Part shown: piece after piece, positions 58,244 through 64,000 of the stretch
Layout of the letters: the number at the start of each line of letters is the position of its first letter
How positions within the stretch are numbered: the first letter of the stretch is position 1
Source: Cyanophyceae cyanobacterium
Lineage (GTDB): Bacteria; Cyanobacteriota; Cyanobacteriia; Cyanobacteriales; JBHJGN01
Assembly: GCA_050331735.1 (NCBI GenBank)
Contig: JBHJGN010000021.1
Coordinates: 940-64,939, forward strand
DNA length: 64,000 nucleotides
Direction: 5' to 3'
The notes under the pieces: generated by a model
Told to the model about the DNA's origin: nothing
Databases searched by the model: none
What the model saw: the letters and a program-made list of their open reading frames with translations, nothing else
Position numbers and translations under genes: made by a program

Positions 58244-58903
58244 ATGGCGGTAAAAGTAATTATTTTCGATTTTGACGGCACCATTGCCGATACTTACGAG
58301 GCGATCGTAGACGTAACAAATAGCTTAGCAGCAGAATTTGACTACCAACAAGTTAGTCAAGCAGAACTGGCGCAGCTAAAAGCTTTAAGTTCGAGAGAAA
58401 TCATTAAGCGCTCAAAAATTTCTATTTTTAAAATTCCTTTTTTACTCAAAAGAGTTAAAGAAGAGTTGGGTAAAAAGATAGAGACGATTGAACCGTTTGA
58501 TCGGATAGAAACTGCTCTGTCGGCGCTCAAGCAACAAGGCTATCAGCTAGGCATCGTTACCTCAAACAGTGAAGAAAATGTGGTGGCTTTTCTCGAGAAA
58601 AACGGTTTAGACTCGCTCTTCACCTTTATCTATTCAGGAACCAGTTTGTTTGGGAAACACCACGTCATCCGCAGCCTGCTAAAGCAGCGAGGAGTCGCGG
58701 CGAAAGAAGTCGTTTACGTAGGCGATGAAACGAGGGATATAGAAGCGGCGAAGAAAAGTCGGGTGAAAGTCATTTCTGTCGGCTGGGGCTTTAATGCCCC
58801 ATCGGTTTTGGCTCAGCACCAGCCAGACTGCCTCATTCAGCATCCCCAGGAACTGGTTCAAGTTGTTAAAAATTGGAACAAGCCGATGCAGAAAGCGCTA
58901 TAG
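58244..58903 (+). CDS. HAD-superfamily hydrolase (phosphoglycolate-phosphatase-like subfamily IA)
   Basis: 219 aa. Motif I is VIIFDFDGTIADT, motif II is GIVTSN, and motif III/IV is K…YVGDETRD. Confidence 0.75.
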   Translation: MAVKVIIFDFDGTIADTYEAIVDVTNSLAAEFDYQQVSQAELAQLKALSSREIIKRSKISIFKIPFLLKRVKEELGKKIETIEPFDRIETALSALKQQGYQLGIVTSNSEENVVAFLEKNGLDSLFTFIYSGTSLFGKHHVIRSLLKQRGVAAKEVVYVGDETRDIEAAKKSRVKVISVGWGFNAPSVLAQHQPDCLIQHPQELVQVVKNWNKPMQKAL

Positions 58904-59048
58904 TTCCTCCGGGACGGGGAAGGGGGAAAGGAAAAATCGTCCCTCCGGGACGGGGAAAGAACACAGAACTAAGACATAGGCTAAGTTCCCCCCTTTCCCT
59001 TTTCCCGTTGCGAAGCAACTATTTCCCCTTTTCCCGCGCCGTAGGCGC
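58903..59048. repeat. Full-length copy of the dispersed hairpin/G-tract composite element between the convergent HAD and thiC genes
   Basis: GTTCCtccGGGAC-GGGGAAGGGGGAAAGGAAAAATC-GTCCCtccGGGAC-GGGGAAAG-[core AACACAGAACTAAGACATAGG…]-TTCCCCCCTTTCCCTTTTCCC-GTTGCgaaGCAAC-TATTTCCCCTTTTCCC-GCGCCgtaGGCGC. Confidence 0.8.
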
Positions 59049-59057
59049 TTGTTGCGC

Positions 59058-60520
<1,463 letters not shown>

Positions 60521-60610
60521 GTACTGATTGTATCACGGAAGACAAGAGGAAGCATTAATCTTAGATGAGAACCCAAATCCGCTAGCTTGACAGCTAAACT
60601 CAGTCGAGTT

Positions 60611-61837
60611 TTATCTGCTCAAAGTCAAGGTGAGATAGGTACACCAGCCGCTCACTAGCAGGGCAACCGGCACCAAAAACGCGGCTTGGGCTTCCGAAAA
60701 ATCGAAGATTTGCGTAAAGCCGCCGTATAAAAGTAACACGGTATAGCAGCCAGCAAAAACGAATAAAATAACGGCGAAGCTGACAGGCAGAATCGCCCAG
60801 AACAGCGTGAAAACTCCTAGGGGTAAAATTGCTGTTCCAGCTAAAAACAGAGCGCCAGCCAAACTGCCGCGACGAAAGACAAAGCAAGCGATCGCACTTG
60901 TCACAGCGAGACTGGCAAATGGAATCACGCTAAGCGTCCCTAGGCTCAACCAGGAAAAATTCTGCAAGCTAAGAGAAGCGCCACTCATAAAGCAAAAGCT
61001 AGCCATCAGGGCATACAAAATTCCGACGGCTACTGGCTTTTCAATCCGAGATAGACGCAGCATTCCTCCCACCGGATTAGCAAGCCAGATTAACCCGCGA
61101 ACAGACTCGACTAGCATCGTGCTCACATCAGCCGCCGCATGAGCAATGGAAACATTCCACTGAGGATTCAGTTTTTTCAGCGTTGCTTGAGCCAGGAGAT
61201 AGCCGCTGCGGTCGCCTTGTGCTTGAAACAGCCGAGCGGCGGTTTGGATATCGGCGATCGCCTGGGAATCGTCGAGTTCATGATAGGCTAATCCTCGATG
61301 GTAGTATGCTTGAGCATCCTCTTCGAGGCGCAGCGCTTGCGTATAGGCATCAATTGCTGACTGAGGATAGCCAAGACGCATTCGAGAACGTCCCTGATAG
61401 TAGAACGCTTGAGCACTGCGACGGTGACGTAAAATGTGGTAGCAGTCTTTCAAGACACCGCGATCATCACCTAGCTTATACCTGGCCTCACACCGCTTCA
61501 GATAGGCTTCTAAAAAATTAGCATTAAGTCCAATGGCCCGAGAGTAGCACCGTTCTGCTCCCTGGTAGTCTTTTTCTAGGGCTTTTTCCACCCCGCGAAC
61601 GTAGTAGTCTTTCTCAGACAATTTTTCTGAAGAGGGTGAAGGGTGATCGCCTAAAGACGATTGGCTGAGCAGATGATAAGCCTCGCAAATGTTTCTAAAC
61701 TGCTCAGATGAGGCAGGATCGTTGGGATTTAAATCGGGATGATACTGGCGTACCAAACGGCGAAAAGCCGCTTTAATTTCTTCAGGCGTTGCCCCTTGAG
61801 AAACTTGAAGAACTGTGTATGCTTCAGATTCAGACAT
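60611..61837 (-). CDS. DnaJ (J-domain) - TPR - polytopic membrane domain protein
   Basis: 408 aa. The J domain is YTVLQVSQGATPEEIKAAFRRLVRQYHPDLN. TPR-like units follow (AIDAYTQALRLEEDAQAYYHRGLAY). The C-terminal ~170 aa has about 5 hydrophobic segments. Confidence 0.75.
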   Translation of the reverse strand: MSESEAYTVLQVSQGATPEEIKAAFRRLVRQYHPDLNPNDPASSEQFRNICEAYHLLSQSSLGDHPSPSSEKLSEKDYYVRGVEKALEKDYQGAERCYSRAIGLNANFLEAYLKRCEARYKLGDDRGVLKDCYHILRHRRSAQAFYYQGRSRMRLGYPQSAIDAYTQALRLEEDAQAYYHRGLAYHELDDSQAIADIQTAARLFQAQGDRSGYLLAQATLKKLNPQWNVSIAHAAADVSTMLVESVRGLIWLANPVGGMLRLSRIEKPVAVGILYALMASFCFMSGASLSLQNFSWLSLGTLSVIPFASLAVTSAIACFVFRRGSLAGALFLAGTAILPLGVFTLFWAILPVSFAVILFVFAGCYTVLLLYGGFTQIFDFSEAQAAFLVPVALLVSGWCTYLTLTLSR

Positions 61838-61932
61838 TGCTGATTGTTACGGGTGATCGGTTCAGCCTGCTCCGCTGACTAGCAATCTTTTACACTGAAC
61901 TAACACTGGATCGTCATCGATATCGGCTTGTT

Positions 61933-62328
61933 ATGAAACCAAAATTTAGAACGGCCCTCGCTTGGGAACAGGCACAATTACTGATGCAGCCTGCTTATAT
62001 CAGAGTAATCGATAACCTCCGCAAACAGCTAGAACAGACTTCCTGGAAAGGAACCTACCAAAAAATTGATACTCCTTATCCAGGCTATCAGCTCAGTCTG
62101 TCTTTTAGAGAGCGCTCCGTTCAAATCAATATTTGGGATCTTTGTTTCCAGGTTTGCTTTCTCCACTACGATCCAGAGCAAACACACACTTCTAGAGCTG
62201 AGGAAACTCAGGATGTCGAGATTGATACTAGCTTGTTCGACGAAACGGGGGATGTAGACTGGCAGCGCTTAGAAACAAAAACTCAGCAGCTTATTAACAG
62301 TATCTTTAGTAAGCTACCTAGCAATTAG
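61933..62328 (+). CDS. Hypothetical protein (131 aa)
   Basis: ATG-initiated ORF with no overlaps and protein-like composition (MKPKFRTALAWEQAQLLMQPAYIRVIDNLRKQLEQTSWKGTYQ…). I recognise no family. Confidence 0.5.
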   Translation: MKPKFRTALAWEQAQLLMQPAYIRVIDNLRKQLEQTSWKGTYQKIDTPYPGYQLSLSFRERSVQINIWDLCFQVCFLHYDPEQTHTSRAEETQDVEIDTSLFDETGDVDWQRLETKTQQLINSIFSKLPSN

Positions 62329-62427
62329 CCTTCGGCTTTTAACTTGATTGGATAAAGCCTGTAGCAACTAGGTAATGCTCAACAATAAGCAATAGACTAA
62401 GAAACAGCATGATCGCGTTCAAAAGGC

Positions 62428-62820
62428 TTAACTTGCTCTTAAAACGAGGAGAATTGCGCCGATTAAGTATTCTATGCTCGTCGGCTTTACAATGTATTCG
62501 TTGAAACCCGATATCAGTGCCATCTGTCGATCCCGTTGTCTGGCTGCTGTTGTGAGGGCGATCGCCGGGAGTTTGGCAATTTGCTCTACAGGATGGCTTC
62601 TGACCCGACGAATTAAAGAGTAGCCGTCTTCTTTGGGGAGAACGAGTTCGCTGATTACACAGTTAAGTTGAGAAGTTTCTAGCACTGCAAACCCTTCACG
62701 AGCAGAAGCAACGGCGATCGCCTGGCCTCCCTCCTCTTCACAGATAATTGTCAACAGCTCTCTTTCAAAAGGGTTACTATCAACAATCAGTACACTGATT
62801 TTATCCAGACGTCGCTGCAT
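62428..62820 (-). CDS. Single-domain receiver-like protein with Glu at the phospho-acceptor position
   Basis: From ATG 62818-62820: MQRRLDKISVLIVDSNPFE…LNCVISELVLPKEDG…AIALTTAA…YIVKP. The receiver fold motifs are present, but CheY D57 is replaced by E and the second acidic-pocket Asp is Ser. The upstream 56 codons of the track ORF look non-coding. Confidence 0.7.
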   Translation of the reverse strand: MQRRLDKISVLIVDSNPFERELLTIICEEEGGQAIAVASAREGFAVLETSQLNCVISELVLPKEDGYSLIRRVRSHPVEQIAKLPAIALTTAARQRDRQMALISGFNEYIVKPTSIEYLIGAILLVLRAS

Positions 62821-63006
62821 CTTCCATTCGTTTGCTCCCCCCTTACAAGCACTTGCCCGATCGTCCTTGCTAGAAAAGCTAGTCTTGTGAAGCTTTATTG
62901 CTCTTAGACGTTCATTTGGCGACTTAAATCGTAAGTTGGTTGGACAAACAACGTCTGTTCGGTATCCGACATCTAGCCAGAGCAGCAAGAAAGCACAACT
63001 GGAATT

Positions 63007-63717
63007 CTAAGCACCAATCAACCGCTGATACTCACCCTTAATGAGGCGATAACAGCCGCAGGCTTTAGTTTCTAAAGCGTTTCGGTCAACAATCAAGATT
63101 TTCCCACGACTGTAGCGAATCATTCCTTCTTTACCCAGGGCGCTGGCAATCTCTGAAATGCTAGAACGACGAACGCCCAGCATCAAAGCCAGGTATTCTT
63201 GGGTAAGGGGCAGCTCATTTACTTGAGCATAGTCTTGAGCGAGGAGCAACCAGCGAGCCAGCCGAGCTTCAATATAGTGTTGGCTGTTGCAAAATACAGT
63301 TTGCGTAACCTGAGACAAAAAAGCTTGGCAGTAAAGCAGCAAGATTTTCTGAAGGTTACCTGCTTGCTCAAACTCTCTTTTTAAAATTTCGGCATTGATT
63401 TTGACAGCAGGGCCTGGAATCTGAACAACGGCACGATTAATGGTTGAATGACCACCGAGAATCACCGGAAGACCAGACACTCCTTCTCTACCAACCATGC
63501 CCACTTCACAGGTTTTGCCTTGTTCGTCTGTCGCAACGATAGAAATCATGGCTTCTAGGGGAAAATAGCTAAACACAATCGGTTCTCCCCATTCATAGAG
63601 AAGTTGCCCCCGCGACAGGAAGACTAAACTGAAATGGGGAACAAGCTGCTGATATTCTTCTTCCGATAGAGCAGCCAGCAGTCGGTTTTCACGGAATGAA
63701 TAGTTAGAGTCGGTCAT
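63007..63717 (-). CDS. Crp/Fnr-family transcriptional regulator (cNMP-binding domain + C-terminal HTH)
   Basis: 236 aa with a beta-roll region (…EVGMVGREGVSGLPVILGG…). The HTH is LTQEYLALMLGVRRSSISEIASALGKEGMIRYSRGKILIVD. Confidence 0.85.
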   Translation of the reverse strand: MTDSNYSFRENRLLAALSEEEYQQLVPHFSLVFLSRGQLLYEWGEPIVFSYFPLEAMISIVATDEQGKTCEVGMVGREGVSGLPVILGGHSTINRAVVQIPGPAVKINAEILKREFEQAGNLQKILLLYCQAFLSQVTQTVFCNSQHYIEARLARWLLLAQDYAQVNELPLTQEYLALMLGVRRSSISEIASALGKEGMIRYSRGKILIVDRNALETKACGCYRLIKGEYQRLIGA

Positions 63718-63888
63718 AACTAAGCACTAGAGCAAGGAACCTCACGGAAAAAAGACCACAAACAACTACCTCGGCTTGCAAAACTGGGGTGATAGAGCTG
63801 GCTCAACTGTTAGTCTTTTGCCCTTCATTTTTGCTCGTAAGCGTACTTAACTCAGGTTAGCTGGTTCGTAATTAGGGTAAAGCACCAT

Positions 63889-64000
63889 CGGCGCGGGAAA
63901 AGGGCAAAGGGTCAGGGGAAAGTTGCTCCGCAACGGGAAAAGGGCCAGGGGGAAAGGGAGTCATTATTCAGCCTGGTCCTATGTCCTTTCCCCGTCCCGC
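63889..64000. repeat. Copy of the dispersed composite element in inverted orientation, truncated by the right window edge
   Basis: GCGCGGGAAAAGGGCAAAGGGTCAGGGGAAA-GTTGCtccGCAAC-GGGAAAAGGGCCAGGGGGAAAGGG-[core …CCTATGTC]-CTTTCCCCGTCCCGC. Its reverse complement is collinear with the right-to-left order of the copy at 58903-59048. Confidence 0.75.

Overview
This 64 kb window looks like a chromosomal segment of a cyanobacterium. The evidence is very frequent HIP1 palindromes (GCGATCGC), a cpcT bilin-lyase fragment, a homolog of the orange-carotenoid-protein C-terminal domain, Cph1/Rcp1-type signalling modules, and both class I and class II FBP aldolases. I can support about 55 protein genes. Most are housekeeping: ahcY, truB, dnaB, hisG, cdd, class II and class I aldolases, mgsA, recN, ureE/ureF, rsmH, queG, and thiC with a TPP riboswitch. 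They are interleaved with a dense signalling set: 8 receiver or receiver-like domains, 2 histidine kinases, 2 paralogous GGDEF cyclases and a Crp-family regulator. I recognised no rRNA, tRNA, CRISPR array, transposase or integrase. The most unusual signal is non-genic. It is a dispersed family of about 50-200 bp elements built from GGGAAAGGG-type purine tracts and 13-nt hairpins with 5-bp stems, whose sequences vary while pairing is kept. These elements fill convergent intergenic gaps, abut start codons, and contribute to the apparent ends of ORFs. Other candidates for a second look: an AT-rich, ORF-poor islet carrying an HTH-NB-ARC (STAND) NTPase without a sensor domain plus an orphan RHH gene; two receiver proteins whose phospho-acceptor Asp is replaced (D->N in an Rcp1-like protein, D->E next to a Crp regulator); an S9 peptidase bracketed by inverted paralogous GGDEF genes; and a possible OmpR / 81-aa protein / S9 peptidase operon. 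All family names come from my own recognition of motifs in the translations. No database search was possible, so I cannot show that any of these is truly undescribed.
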